A stretch of DNA of 64,000 nucleotides from the human T2T-CHM13v2.0 reference genome, Homo sapiens (GCF_009914755.1 NC_060931.1), one strand, 5' to 3'. Positions 1 to 20,479 are shown, counted from the stretch's first letter. Made by a program: numbers and translations. Notes: generated by a model from the sequence alone, not told the origin.

Positions 1-271
1 GGATTACAGGCACCTGCCACCGTGCCCGGCTAATTTTTGTATTTTTAGTAGAGATGGGATTTCGCCATGTTGGCCAGGCTGGTCTCGAACGCCTGATCTC
101 AAGTGATCCACCCACCTCGGCCTCCCAAAGTGCTGGGATTACAGATGTGAGTCACCGTGGCCGGCCATGAGTAATTTCTTTTAAAAGTGAATCTATTTGT
201 TACAGTTAGGGAAGCTGAGAATTCCAAGGTGGAGGGACCATATCTGGTGAGGGCCTCCTGGCTGTGGGGAC

Positions 272-612
272 TGATATGGTTTGGCTGTGTCCCCACCCAA
301 ATCTCATCTTGAACGCCCACATGTTGTGGGAGGGACCCAGTGGGAGGTAATTGAATCATAGAGGCAGGTCTTTCCCGTGCTGTTCTCGTGACAGTGAGTA
401 AGTCTCACGAGATCTGATGGTTTTATAAACGGGAGTTTCCCCACACCGCTCTTCTCTTCTCTGCTGCCGTCTGAGGTGCGCGTTTCACCTTCCGCCGTGA
501 TTGTGAGGCCTCCCCAGCCACGTGGAACTGTGAGTCCATTAAACCTCTTTCTTTTGTAAATTGCCCCGTCTGAGGTATGTCTTTATGAGCAGCGTGAAAA
601 TGGACTGACACG
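272..612 (+). mobile_element. THE1-type MaLR LTR nested in an older minus-strand MST-type LTR (about 200-882)
   Basis: TGATATGGTTTGGCTGTGTCCCCACCCAAATCTCATCTTGAA start; MST-like sequence continues on both sides. Confidence 0.8.
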
Positions 613-2144
613 CAGACTCTCTGCAGAGTCCCGAGACGGCACGGAGGATCACACGGGGAGGGGTCGAGTGTGCTAACTCAGGTCTCTCTTCCTCTTCTAA
701 TAAATCCACCCGTCCCGCTCCTGCGCTAACCCATTAATCCATTAATCTGTGAATGGATTCATCTATTCACGAGGGCACTGCCCTCCTGACCCGATCACCT
801 CTTAAAGGCCAACTCTCAATCCTGCCACACTGGGAATTAAGTTTCAACATGAGTTTCGGAGGAGATAAACATTCAAATCATAGCCGAAATCCAAAGAGAT
901 TTGAGGAGCAGAAGTTGATTCAAAGGTTAGCAAAGGCCCATATTGATTGTTTCAGAGAATAATCAATCAGAAAGTTAAGCAACGCATCGCCAGAGCTGTG
1001 AGGAACAGACGAAGAATTTCAAAAAGGCTTTAGGATGATAAAGACGCCTGGGCAGCTTTCTAATGCTGTATGCAATGCCGTCCTGCAAACGTGTGTAAGT
1101 CAAACACACAAAAGGCAAAACAGCCACTTTCTTTTTTTTCTCTCTCTCTCTTTTTTGAGACAGGGTTTCACCCTTGTGACCCAGGCTGGAGTGCAATGGC
1201 ACGATCTCAGCTCACTGCAACTTGCAACCTCCGCCTCCCGGGTTCAAGCAAGTCTCCTGTCTCAGCCTCCCGAGTAGCTGGGATTACAGGCACCCGCCAC
1301 CACGCCAGGCTAATTTTTGTATTTTTAGTAGAGACGGGGTTTCACCATGTTGGCCAGGCTGGTCTCGAACTCCTGACCTCAGGTGATCCACCCACCTCGG
1401 CCTCCCAAAGTGCTGGGATTACAGGCGTGAGCCACCGCACCCAGCCAAATCAGCCACTTTCTGTCATCACCGGGGTTCTGCTCCTAGGGGGCCCAACAGC
1501 ACCACAAAAGCTCCAATTAAAGGGGAAAGCCCTTTAGCGACCGTTGTAAGGACAGGTCCCACCCATTTGCACATGTTCATTTTTTTTTCCTTCCCAGTTG
1601 GATCTGCCTGCCGTCAAGACTCACCACTTCCCACCTGTACACTGCTGTCTGTCCTCATTTCAAGTGAATCACCTTGCGGTCTTCTTATGCCAGGTAATTT
1701 ATGCAAATATTATTGTGAATTACTAGGGCAAATTGCAACAGGATATTCAAATCGTTGGGCAAACATGCCCTGCTGGTGGGATGCAATGACTCACACCTGT
1801 AATCCCAGCACAGGTGGGAGGCCAAGGAGGGAGGATTGCTTGAAGCCAGGAGTTCAAGACCAGCCGGGGCAACATAGCAAGCCCCGTCTCTATTTTTTAA
1901 GAAAATGTTTTCTTTTTTAATGTTCTGCTGGTCAGAAAACAAAGAGGTCTCTACCCATACTGACTAGACTAGAAAATGCCTGAAACTAGAAACCACCATT
2001 GGGCAATTATTAAAGATAAAATTTCTTAAATAAAAGACAATCCAACCCAAGACAATACAATACAATTTGAAAGACCCAACCCAGCTGGATGGGGTACCTC
2101 ATGCCTGTAATTCCAGTATTGAGGTGGCCAAGGTGGGAGGATCA

Positions 2145-2360
<216 letters not shown>

Positions 2361-3641
2361 TCAAAATATAATAATAAATAAATAAAAAATAAAGACCCAC
2401 CCCAAGATAGATAAATGTCAAGTTATAAGGCTTTAAAGAGAAGGATTTCTACTGGATTCCAGGGGAAAAAAAAAGAAGAAGAAAAATGACTTATGGATAT
2501 AAGGGGAATTATGATCTCTGTCACCTACCAGGCCTCTGCAGGATAGAAAGGCTTTGGGGAAAAACTTATGCATCAATTTAGGAGAACAAGAGTTATCCCT
2601 GGGTCCTCCCTGAAGACAAAGGGAGCCCATCGTAATTGTTGGGTGATCTGAAACACCCTTGGCAGGGGGCACCAGCATACAGTAGATCAAAATGTTCTAT
2701 TATTGCATGACAGATGGACATTTGGCTCCTTGCAAGAGACAGAGGTCACTAGGAATGCCACTGAGTCACATGCAAAAGTGCAGGTGCCGCAAAAGGCAAA
2801 CGTAGGCAAAGGTCAGGAGGGGTGAGAAGTGGAGGGTCATAGACACAGGTCAGCCAGCTCCCTGCTCTGGTCCAGGTAGGTCACCTGCCCTATCTTCCTT
2901 GGGAGGGTCTCTGGCTGCAGATGCTCCAGCCACAGATTTGTGGCACCCCTGGTTCATGCACCTTGGTCCATGCCAGCCCCTTGACTTCTGGCAGGATTAC
3001 ATGTGTGGAGATTGACTCTTGCTGTCAGGGAGTCAATGAACTGTCCAGCAGGTAAGAGATAGAGAGACTGGCTCTTTCTCTCGCACCAGCTCAGGTTGAC
3101 TTGGTTCTATGACAAGACAGCAAATTAGAGGTGTTTACTTCTTCACATTGGATCTGAATGAAGCCGCCAGAATTCTACTGGCCCGTAAGGCTTCTGGAGT
3201 CCCTGGGGCACTGATGGCTGTACAGCATCAACCTCAGCTTCCAATAAATATTTATCTCTAACCACGTCAGTAATGATCATCAAAACCTTCTACAGTCCTA
3301 TCCAATACAATTTGAAAGACCTGTCCTGGCTGGGCGGGGTGGCTCACGCCTGTAATTCCAGTATTGAGGAAGCCAAGGTGGGAGGATCACTTGAGTTCAA
3401 GAGTTCACGACCAGCCTGGGCAACACAGCAAGACATCTTATTTACTAAAAATTTAAAAAATTAGCCCGGCATGGTGGCTCGCACCTGTAGTCCCACCTAC
3501 TTGTAAGGCTGAGGTGGGAGCCAAGGCTGGGTGCCATGGCTCACGCCTATAATCCCAGCGTTTGGGAGGCCCAGACAGGTGGATCACTCGAGGTGAGGTG
3601 TTCAAGACCAGCCTGGGCAACATAGTGAGACCCTGTGTCTA

Positions 3642-3794
<153 letters not shown>

Positions 3795-5641
3795 TCAAAA
3801 AAAAGAAAAAGAAAAAGAAAAAGAATTTTTCTGCATCCAAAGAACCCAGATGAGTTTCTGCGAGGCAACCATCCATTCATTCAGCAAACATTTTCATGGT
3901 CCTTCCTGGGTGGTAGCTGCTTTTGTTAAATACCACTAGAGGATCTCAAAGAATCTGAGAACTGGAATGGTATAGAAAAGGTATGACTCCATCTTAAACT
4001 CCAAAGACTTTTTGGATTTTAAGTATTGATACCGTTCATTCAATTATTCATTAAATAATTATTTATTGAGTACTGTGCACTGTAGTCAAAGCCGGGTCTA
4101 CTGGGTGCAAAAAAAGCAGCAAATTTCTTGCCCTCCCAGAGCTAATGAGTGAATTAATACTAATAATTACAGCTGCAAAGCTTGCAGCTACTGGGTCAGC
4201 TGTTAAACACCCTTTACCTCCGCACATCGTCACCGAGATAGGTGATTTTATTATTCCCAATTCACTGATAAAGAAACTGAAGCACAAAGAGCTTAAGTCT
4301 CTGTGACTCCCCGAAGTGTTTTTTGGTCGGTGATTAATTTTTCTAACAATTGGAAACATTTTGGAATATGATGATTTCTGATTACCCTCGTTCTTTCTTG
4401 GATGTTTCTCCGCTGGCTCTGACATTTGCTCAGGTGAGAGTTCATAGGACATAAAAGCTTAAACGTAGAAGATTGGATGATAGTCACACATTTCCTCCCG
4501 GGCTGCTGATCATAAATGAGCAATTTTTTTAAATTAAAAATCTTGCCAAGGTCACACAGCTCCTAAGTGACAGAGCCCCGCCTGGGACCCAAGCCGGTCT
4601 GATTCACATCATGTCCTCTTAACCATGACATTTTCTAAATTAATCACACAAAATCAGTTTGCCGTAGCCAGAAACCTGAGTTCATTCCAGTTAGCGAGGA
4701 CAGAATCAAAGGTGCCCAGGTCATCCTGTCCACCTGGCTCCTGGATTACGCGATAATGCCGCGGGATAACATTTTTAAAATTATTAACTGACGCCTCTTT
4801 TTCCTTTTTTATTTAATTGAGGTGAAATTCACATAACAAAAAATAAATTGTTTTAAGTGTTCAATTAAATGACATTTAGGGCCAGGTGCAGTGGCTCACG
4901 CCTGTCATCCCAGCACTTTGGGAGGCTGAGGCGGGCGGATCACCTGAGGTCAGGAGTTCGAGACCAGCCTGGTCAACAGGGTGAGACCCCCGTCTCTACT
5001 AAAAATACAGAAATTAGCTGGGTGTGGTGGTGGGTGCCAGTAATCCCAGCTACTCGGGAGGCTGAGGCAGGACAATTACTTGAACCCAGGAACTGGAGAT
5101 TGCAGTGAGCCGAGATCACGCCACTGGACTCCAGCCTGGGTGACAGAGTGAGACTCTGTCTCAAAAAAATAATAATAAAATACATAAATAAATGACAGTT
5201 AGCACCTTCACCATGTGGTACAGCCACCACTACTATCTAGTTTCAAAACATAACAGATGCCTCTTTCTAATTGTGTTTTTTTTTTTCTTGAGACGAGGCC
5301 TTACTCTGTCACTCAGGATGCAGTGCAGTGGCATGATCACGGCTCACTGCATCCTCGAACTCCTGGGCTGGAGGTGATCCTCCCACCTCAGCCTCCCGAG
5401 TAGCTGGGACTACAGGTGTGCACCACCATGCCTGGCTATTTTTAATTTTTTGTAGAGATGGGGTCTCACTATGTTGCCCAGACTGGTCTCAGACTCCTGG
5501 CCTCAAGTGATCCTCAGGTCTCAGCCTCCCAAAGTGCTGAGATTACAGGCGTGAGCCACTGCACCTGGCCCTATAAGAAGTATTTTAAATTAAAAACCCT
5601 TAGAAATCAACAAGCACTGGAAGAGACTTTCCCCCGACCTA

Positions 5642-6938
<1,297 letters not shown>

Positions 6939-7146
6939 CCTACATGAAGATAGGACTGACCCAAGCGTTTAGAGTCTTCTACCCAGAACCACACGGGTAA
7001 CCTTTGTGTGAATTTTAAAAGGTGTCCCCTCATGGGAATGATCTATAAACTGATGGGGTTTGGGTTTACACACGTGTATACCCTTGACAAAATCAATTGA
7101 TAACTCACTTAAAATGTGTGCATCTTTGGCCAGGCACGGTGGCTCA

Positions 7147-7428
<282 letters not shown>

Positions 7429-8438
7429 TCATCATATGCAAATTTTGCATAAATAACCGTAAACAAACACTCTAGTTAATAATGATGTGCATGACGTATT
7501 TAGGAAGAAGCATACCAATGTTTGCAATTTGTTTGAAATGCACCTAGACATAAGATGGATGGGATGAAGAGATGATTAGATATGTGATAAAGTCAGCAGA
7601 GTCAAACATTCATTGTAGACTCTAGGTGCTGGGTGTATGGGTGTTCACTGTAACGTTCTTTCAGCTTTACTACTTGTTTCAAATTCTTTATAATGAAATG
7701 TTGGGGAACAAAGCACTTCTCTGGTGGACCCAGCTGTGTAGGGCATAGCTTAGCAAGTCAGGTGCTGCCTGGATTTTGGGCCCATCCATCCCTTCAGCTG
7801 GGGACCTTGTGCAGCCAGGAATGAGCCCAGCCATCCAGGGTGACCCTTCTCAGCACTTGCATGAGCTAGCTGTTCATTTCTCTTCCAAATTCTTCTTAAC
7901 ATTGCAGGCATTTTAGTTTCCTCCAGAAATGAATATTTCGTTTTTTGTTTTTTGTTTTTTTTTTGAGACAGAGTCTCACTCTGTCGCCCAGGCTGGAGTG
8001 CAGTGGCGCGATCTCGGCTCACTGCAAGCTCCGCCTCCTGGGTTCACACCATTCTCCTGCCCAGCCTCCCGAGTAGGTGGGACTACAGGTGCCCGCCACC
8101 ACGCCCGGCTTATTTTTTTTGTATTTTTTGTAGAGACGGGGTTTCACCGTGTTAGCCAGGATGATCTGCCCGTCTCAGCCTCCCAAAGTGCTGGCATTAC
8201 AGGCATGAGCCACCGCGCCTGGCCCAGAAATGAAAATTTCTAGCTCAAGGCTTTTGCTTTTCTTTTAAAAGTCTTTTCAACCTTTGCCTGTCTTCTCCAA
8301 GCTATTTCCACACCATCTTCATTACTTGATTTTTGTAAGAGGTCTTGAGAGTTGGTCTTTGTTGGTAGTTCGGAGCTTTCTTCTCCTCCTCCTTCCTTGT
8401 TTTCCTTCTTCAACATTGTCTTCACCATTCTTGGCCCC

Positions 8439-8803
8439 TGATATGTATGGTTTGTCTGTGTCCCCACCCAAATCTCATCTTGAATTGTAGCTCCCACAAT
8501 TCCCACATGTCGTGGGAGGGACCCAGTGGGAGATGATTGAATTATGGAGACAGTTTCCCCCATAGTGTTCTCAGGGTAGTGAACAAGTCTCAGAAGATCT
8601 GATGGTTTTATAAGGGGAAACTCCTTTCTCTTGGCTCTCATTCTCTCTGTTTGCTGCCATGTGAGACATGCCTTTCACCTTCTGCCATGATTGTGAGGCC
8701 TCCCCAGCCATGTGGAACCGTGAGTCCATTAAACCTCTTTTTCTTTATAAATCACCCAGTCTCGGCTATGTCTTTATCAGCATCATGAAAACAGACTAAT
8801 ACA
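8439..8803 (+). mobile_element. THE1-type MaLR solo LTR
   Basis: THE1-like throughout; ends ACAGACTAATACA. Confidence 0.85.
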
Positions 8804-8845
8804 ACCCATTTGCATTTCTGTATGAATTTTAGCATAATTACTTGA

Positions 8846-9108
<263 letters not shown>

Positions 9109-9972
9109 TAAGCAGAGCAGCCTCTGTCCAGCAGAGCCAGGTAGGCCTGTCAACCTTTGTCTAGGGTTCAATTTTAATTTCACGTCTCCTCTCAGTTGAC
9201 TTTGCTTCTCAGATTAATTTCCTTATGTTTTAAATTAATTTAGAGCTCAATTAGTTTGATTTTTAAAGGGCATGCAGTGGCTCCAAAGAGTCTCTTGGGA
9301 TCAAAACAAGTGAAAGCTCAACCTAATAAAATTAAGCCGTTTATAGCAACTATCCTCACATGCTCCTTCTCCCCAAAGAAGGAAATGGAAGAGATGGGCC
9401 TTTATTAGGAAGGCCAGAAGGCCAGGGCGCTACCAGAAACAAGAGGAAAGGCATCCCAGAAGGCCGTGTCCCCTCAGTGGAGAGACTTTTATTCTGCTCA
9501 TAGATTCTGTGAGCTTGGAATTAGGACCAGGCATAGTCAGGATGGCTTCTCACTGCTCCACCATGTCTGAGGCCTCAGCGGGAGGCTGGGGGTTGAGTCC
9601 TCTAGAGATGCCTTCTCTCCCTCGCCTGGTGGTTGAGGCTGTGCATGGGCTCAGACCTCAGCAGGCTGTCAGCCAGAATGCCTACATATGGCGTCTCCAT
9701 GTGGTTTCTGTGTGGCTGCTTGGGCTTCCTCAGAGCATGGTGGCTGCATTCCAGGAGCAAGTGTCCCACAAGAACAAAGACCAAGTGCACCACATTGTTA
9801 TGACCTAGACTCAGATGTCACATAGCGTCACTTTTGCTGTACTCTGTGGGTCAGAGCTATCATAGAGCTCTGTCCAGGTTTGAGGAAAAGAGACCTCCAT
9901 GGAGGGAGGCAGGGTTCTAGAAAAACACACAGGACAGCAGACGTTGTCATGGCCATCTTGGAAAACATAATC

Positions 9973-10111
9973 TGCCACACCAGCTTCTACTAAAGGGTCA
10001 CCTTGGCCAATCTCAACATCCCCAAAGGGACCTGTCTCTCATGCCACACCAGCTTCTACTAAAGGGCCACCTTGGCCAACCTCAGCATCCCCGAAGGGAC
10101 CTGTCTCTCAT
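9973..10111. repeat. 69-bp direct tandem duplication (2 copies)
   Basis: TGCCACACCAGCTTCTACTAAAGGG...GGGACCTGTCTCTCA at 9973 and 10042; 4 transition mismatches. Confidence 0.92.
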
Positions 10112-10501
10112 CATCAGGGCCATTTCTCCACAAGCGACCGTTGGTGACTCCAGGAGGCTCAACCTCAGTCTCCCTCCTGCTCAGCCTGCTGGCTCACAGC
10201 CTGTGACGTGGAGGAGAAACCAACTTGATTACAGTAGCTGCTGAGTCTGCGGCTTGTCCATTCCAGCAGCAGAGCTTATGCTGATGAGTAAAACTGTCTA
10301 AAGACATGGCCTTCCAGCAAGTCTAAAGAGAAAACACACGCTCCTATGAGATGCATCACCCAAAGGCACTCCTCTAATTCTCATTATGACCAATGTGTTC
10401 ATTGTTCAGTTTTCACCCTTTAAAAAGCACCTTCCTCATCTTCTCTCTCTTAATCCAGGTAACTATGCCCAACCCAAGACCTGCAGGTTTCTCTCTCTTG
10501 A

Positions 10502-11008
<507 letters not shown>

Positions 11009-11329
11009 TAAGACAAAGTCCCAAATGCTAACCATGGCTCCCAGCCCTGCCTGCTCTGAGCACTGCCAAGATCTCAGGCTTTACCTCCTGCCACCTTCCC
11101 CTTAATGCCAGGCTCTGGCCCCTGCCACTTTCATCTTCTCTGAGCTCCTCGGTCCCACTCCCCACTTTGATATGCTCGGTAGCCACATGTGGCTAGTGGT
11201 CGCCATAGTGAATGGTCCCGCTCTCTTCTCTTCTTCATGCCCAGAGCAGCAGCAGCTCTGTACCAGGGCCACACTCTATTCCTCTTGCCCTCTTGCAGTT
11301 GCTTTTCATCAATTTCTATTTTTCTGTTT

Positions 11330-14265
<2,936 letters not shown>

Positions 14266-14690
14266 CCATCTTTCAGTACTGTCCACCTCTCCAGCTTGGC
14301 CTCAGACGCCCTCCCCATTCATCACACCAAACTGACCTAGTTATAATTCCCACAGTGCACTCAGCTTTCTCTGTCCTCTGAACCTTTCCATGGGCTAGTC
14401 CTCCTCCCCGGAATACCCTTTCCCCTCCCCTTTGTCAGGCTAACTCTTTCAGGACTCTGCTCAGTCATCGCCTCTCTGAAGAGGCACCCCCTGCTCTCTG
14501 GGCTGGACGAGGAGACCGTCTTCTCTGTGCCCAGCCCCTGGTCCCCTCTCCCCTAGCAGTGAACACACGGCATCATCATCTGCTGTTCTACCCCATCTCC
14601 GTCACCAGCATGGGAGCTCCCTGAGGGCAAGGCTTGTGTTTTAATTGTCTCTACACCCCTGCACTTAACGCAGTGCCTGGCATGCAGTAG

Positions 14691-15026
<336 letters not shown>

Positions 15027-17205
15027 TAAATAAATGCACAGAATACTAACTTTCCAAGAGAGCTTACTCTCTGGTCGAGGAGTATGTGATGGGTTGGGAA
15101 GAGGAAACTTGTATGCACTGAGTGCCTACTTTTTGCTAAGTGCTTTGTTAACTAGTTTACAGGCACGGAAAGCACAGAGAGGTTAAGTAACTTGCCCAAG
15201 GTCACAGAGGTAGGATGTAGAGCAAGATGCCAACCTCTCCCTCACTCTCATATTCAGCCATTTGCCATATCCAAACCCTGTCATTTTTTATCTCCAAGAT
15301 AGGCCCTGCACCTCTCCATGGCTAACTATCTCCAAGGCCACCATGGTAACCGAGGGCACCATCCTCTCGCTCCTGGGAAAGTGTAGCAGCTTCCGTTCTG
15401 ACTTCCTTGCAACCTGCTCTTTACAGAGCAGCCAAGGGACCTCCTAGAATACAAATCCAACATTGTCACTCCAACTGTGTCAATGGCTCCTATTAGGATA
15501 AAGCCCACCTCCTTACTAAGAATCACAGGTCTAGCATGGTCTGACCATGCCACCCTCCCCAGGTTAATTCACATCACTCTTCTCCTCCTCCCCGCCTCAT
15601 TCTTGCCTCAGTTTCTCTAGCCTGCCAGCTCAAGCCAGGCCCAGGGCATTTGCACTTGCAGTTCTGTCTCTAGAATGATCTTCCACAGAACCCCATGTGG
15701 CTCACTCCCTAATATCACCCAGGGCTTTGCTCAAACATCACCTCCTCAGGTGACATTTCAGGTGACCGCTCTGCAACAGTTCCCCTGGGGTCACTCTCTA
15801 AACCTGCACCATTCTATGGTTCACAGAAGTAGGGATGAGCCTGGCCTGGCACACACAGCACCTGACGCCCATCCCAGGTCTCCTGTCTCTTGCAGCTTCT
15901 GGCTACTTGTGGGAAACCTGTTACCTAACTAAGGTGTGGCGGCAGCAGCAACCGAGGCACAGAGCAGAGTGTGCTCAAGAACTGACCCCTGGGCCCCACA
16001 GTGTCTCACACCCCTAATCCCAACACTTGGGGAGCCTGAGGCAGGAGGATTTCTTGAGCCCAGGAGCTTGAAATCAGCCAGGGCAACATAGCAAGAACCT
16101 GTCTCTACAGAAAAACATATTTAAAACTTAGCTGGGCATGGTCATGGTATCTATAGTCCCAGCTCCTTGGGATGCCAAGGTGAGAGGATCCCTTGAGACT
16201 GGGAGGTCGAGGCTGGAGGAAGCCATGATGAAGCCACTACACTGTAGCCTGAGCAACGGAGTGAGATCCTGTTTCAAGAAGAGACAAGACAGAAAGAGAG
16301 AAAGAAAAGAGAAAGCAAGAGAGAGAGAAAGAGAAGAGAAGAGGAGAGAGAGAGGGAGGGAGGGAAAGAAGAAGAATAGGGAGGAGGAGGAGAGAAGGAA
16401 GGAAGGAAGGAAAGAAGGAAAAAAAAAAAAAACTCACCCTCCCCAGCCCAGCCTGCCAAGTGCTGTGGCTATAGTAGTCAGGGGCCTGTGTGTGGCCCAG
16501 TGCCCAGCCTGGGCTGGAACAGCAACTGTCCCATGCTGTGGGGAAGTTTGCCTAGATAAGAAAGCCCAGTGTCTGCCTTCCAGGCAGTTCACAGGCTTAT
16601 TCACAGGGAAGATAATGAGTAAATAAACGGCCACATCAGGACATGGTTGCAGATGCCAAAGATGTGTGAGCCCAGTGGAGGAACTGGAGCCAGCTGGAGG
16701 CCATGGCAGCTTGTCTGGAGGTCAGCACAGCTGAGTCCTGAAGACCAGTGGGCTTAGCCAAGCTAAGCAAAGTCAGACAGGTTGTGTCCTGGGCCAAGAG
16801 GAGGGCATGGGGAAAGTGTAGATGCCCACCATGGCATGTCTGGGACACCAAGTGGTTCTGTGTGCCTGAAAGAACATTGGGGGAGGGGGATTAGAATGGG
16901 GTGAAACTGAGGAAGAGGAGGGAGAACGAGTTTGGACCTCTTCCAAACTCCTCCTGGTGAGGAAACACTGGGAGTTTCTGAACTGAAGAGTGGCCAGATC
17001 CCAGCCCTCCCCAGCTCACCAGGGCCTCCAGAAGGAGGGACTCTCCTCCAACTTTCACAGTCCTTCAGGGCCCAGCCTAGACCCTCTCCCTCTTACCTGC
17101 CATTTCCCATCCACAGGGGCCACTCCTTCACTCCAAGTTCTTTCTGCTCAATGGGAATAACTTTGGCCTTCATTACAGACTTGACCCAGTGCTGAAAAGT
17201 GCTCT

Positions 17206-17650
17206 GCAACTATTCACAATTGCAAAGTCATGGAATCAACCCAGGTGCCCATCAACAGTGGATTGGATAAATAAAAGCTGGCACATATACACCATGGAAT
17301 ACTATGCAGCCATAAAAAAGAACAAAATCATGTCCCTTGCAGCAACATGGATGCAGCTGGAGAGCATTATGCTAAATGAATAAACCCAGAAACAGAAAAC
17401 CAAATACCTCATGTTCTCACTTATAAGTGGGAGCTAAACATTGGGTAAACATGGGCACAAAGATGAAAATAACAAACACTAGGGACTCCAAAAGCAGGGA
17501 GGGAGGAGAGGGACAAGGGCTGGAAAACTACCTATTAAGTACTACGTTCACTATTTGGGCGATGGTTTTGATAAAAGGTCGAGCCTCAGCATTACTAATA
17601 TATCCGTGTAACAAACCTGCACATGTACCCCCTGAATCTAAAATTTTTTT
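17206..17650 (+). mobile_element. L1 3' end fragment (L1PB/L1MA-like)
   Basis: FTIAKSWNQPRCPS...YTMEYYAAIKKN frame followed by 3' UTR. Confidence 0.85.
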
Positions 17651-17874
17651 AAGCGCTCTGCAAACCTCAGGCAACTAGAGAGCGTGAGGCTTGTCATGGC
17701 TGCTTCTATTACATGCTGGTAATTCCCCTTGTTAGCTTCTACTGGGAACAAGATTGTCTGCACATTCCTGACTTATTCCTGCCTAAGAGCAGGATACTGA
17801 AAGGTGGAGAAGGTGGAGGACAGAAAAGAGAAAGGGGGTGTATTAGGAATCACCAGAGAAACAGAACCGACAGG

Positions 17875-17905
<31 letters not shown>

Positions 17906-19259
17906 GATTCATTTTGAGGAATTGGCTCATGTGATTGTGGGAGTTGACAAATACGAAATCCACAGGGCAGGCCAGCAGGTTTGAGTCCTCGGGAAGAGTT
18001 GATGCTGCAGCTCAAGTTCAAAGTCCAGAAACTTAGGCAGAATTTCTGTGCTGCAGTCTGAAGGCAGAATTCCTTCTTCCTTGAGGGAATAGCCACAGGA
18101 AACTAATACAGCATTGGACTGCAGGCAGAGAGGGAATATTCTAGAAAGTAGATCCTCAGTGGTCATCAAAAGGTTCAACACTAGGTGATGCAACTATAGA
18201 AACGCCAAGAAGGGGCAAGGTAGGGTCCCCATCTTGGAGAAACTCAGAGCTCAAGCAGGTTCTGTGGCTTTGAGCAGGGGTTCACAGCACAGGAACACCT
18301 ACTCCTGAAGGGGGTGAAGTATGTCCAAAGAGACCCTGTTAAAAGGCTCTGTTGATCCCAGGCCCTGAGCAGGTGACCTCTAGTTCATTGCAGTCAGGAA
18401 TTGGACTTCTGTTTATCATTTTGTCTCACGGGCATAGTAGCCATGCCTGGCACACAGTAGGTGCTCAGTAAATATTTGTTAAATGAATAAGTTTATCTGC
18501 CCCTCTTCTGCAAATTGAAGATGGAATTGACCCCGGGAGAGTTATCCTCAGCTTAGAGACTCTCCTCATGGGTCAGACTCCCACCTCCAGCTAAGAAACT
18601 TTTTTGACTCTTATGATGTCACCTAGATGGCTTCAAATCAACCATGGTGGGAATGTTTACACCATGGGAATTAGCAAATGCTACAAATCAGGCTATTTCC
18701 CCAACAAGCCAGTTGTTGAGCACTTTCCAGGATACCACTGTAGGACTGTCACTGCCTACATCCCCCAGCCTAAGGATTGCTTTCATAGTAACTGCCATGA
18801 GATGCAGAAGGATGTTCAGCAAGAAATATGGGGAAAGCAAGTTGTCTATCATCTTTGGCATTGGTCTTTTGTCCTGAGCCCTGGTAATATATTTTAGGTT
18901 TTTTACAAAGAGTTTTAACAGCTCAAGATACTGAAGGCAGCCACCAAGCCTGGGGCTGACACAGCCTCCTCAAGCCACCAAACTTTAGGCAGTCATAATT
19001 TCCCCATCAGGTGGAAAGCAAACATTCCACCTATGAACTCATTAAAGAGGGAGATTACAGCATTTCCCAAAGTGTGAACTGGGGAACCTTGCCTCAGTGT
19101 CATCTGGAACACTGCTTAAAATGAGGATTAGTGCTTGAGCTCAGGAGTTCAAGGCCACAGTGAGCTATGGTCACACCACTGCACTTCAGTCTCGGTGGCG
19201 GAGCAAGACACTGTCTCAAGAATAAATAAAATGCAGATTAGACCTGCAGAAACCCAGTC

Positions 19260-20210
19260 TCCAAGCCAGCTGAACCACCACATGCACACTCCCCCGGCTT
19301 GAGAACCAGCTTAATGAGCCCACCCCCAGCAAAGCTGCACCAGTTTGCCGCAAACTGCCACCACCTAGGCCATTGAGGCACTTGCAAACATCACTAAGTG
19401 GATTCCAACTGAAGAAACTGCCCAGAGACTACACTACTGTGTCCACCAGGAACCACGGCCAACATACCCTACACAACTGACTCTCTACAGGACCCATCTA
19501 CAAGAATAAGTCTTCCCCTATGGAAGCTACTCCATAAAATTGAAAGAGGCAAGTGTTTCACCAGATATGCAGATATCAATACAGGGACATAGAAACATGA
19601 AAAAGCAAGCTATATAACACCTCTTAAGGAGCATGATAATTCTCTCTAACAGACACCAGAGAAAAGAAAGTGTATGAAATGCCAGAAAAGGAATTCAAAA
19701 TAATGATCTTAAGGAAACTGTGAGATACAAGAGAATGTAGATAGACAATTCAACAGACTTAGGAAAACAATTAGTTATCTAAATGAGAAATTCAACAAAG
19801 AGATACATGTCATAAAAAAGAACCGAACAGAAACCTGGAGCTACAGAATTCAATGAATGAAATAAAAAATACAAGAGAGATCTTCAACAACAGACTAGAT
19901 TAAGCAGAAAAAAGAATTTCTGAACTTTAAGATAGGTCTTTTGGGAAAAAAAAAAAAGCAGAACAAAAAGAATTCAAAAAATAAAGAAAGCCTACAGAAC
20001 TTAAAGGACACCATAAAGTGAACAAATATTTGCATTATGGGAGTTCAGAAGAAGAGATGAGAAAAGACATCTGATATTTAATAAAATAGGGGAAAACTTT
20101 CCAAGTCTTGGGAGAGATGTAAACATCCAGAAGCTCAAAGGTTCCCAAATAGATTTAACCCTAAAGGATCCTTTTTAAGGAACATTATAGTCAAATTGTC
20201 AAAAAGTTGG
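19260..20210 (+). mobile_element. Old L1 5' UTR/ORF1 remnant
   Basis: A-rich ORF1-like sequence (GAATTCAAAATAATGATCTTAAGGAAACT, GACTAGATTAAGCAGAAAAAAGAATTTCTGAACT). Confidence 0.75.
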
Positions 20211-20479
20211 AAACAATGAGTTGAGGAACCTCAGGAGAAATGTCAGGAACCAAAAATCTTGCAGAATGTAGTGTCAGCTGCAGGCAAGAAAAGAGAGGTC
20301 TTCCACCCAAATGTCAGCTCTGGTTCACAGGCACCTTGGGAGATGTTTTGTGAAATGAAGGAACATATCCACACTTCTAGATCTCCTGCCCTTTCATCAC
20401 AACCTCTGTAGCAGGGAGGGGAGTTCTCCTGCAGGACATCCTAATGAAGTGGTTATAAAACGCATGGCCAGAAGAGCCT

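Noticed and set aside
18780-18900. FSKK...FGIG peptide faintly like a cytochrome P450 exon
   Set aside because: No heme-binding cysteine motif, convincing splice sites or neighbouring exons; the similarity is too weak.
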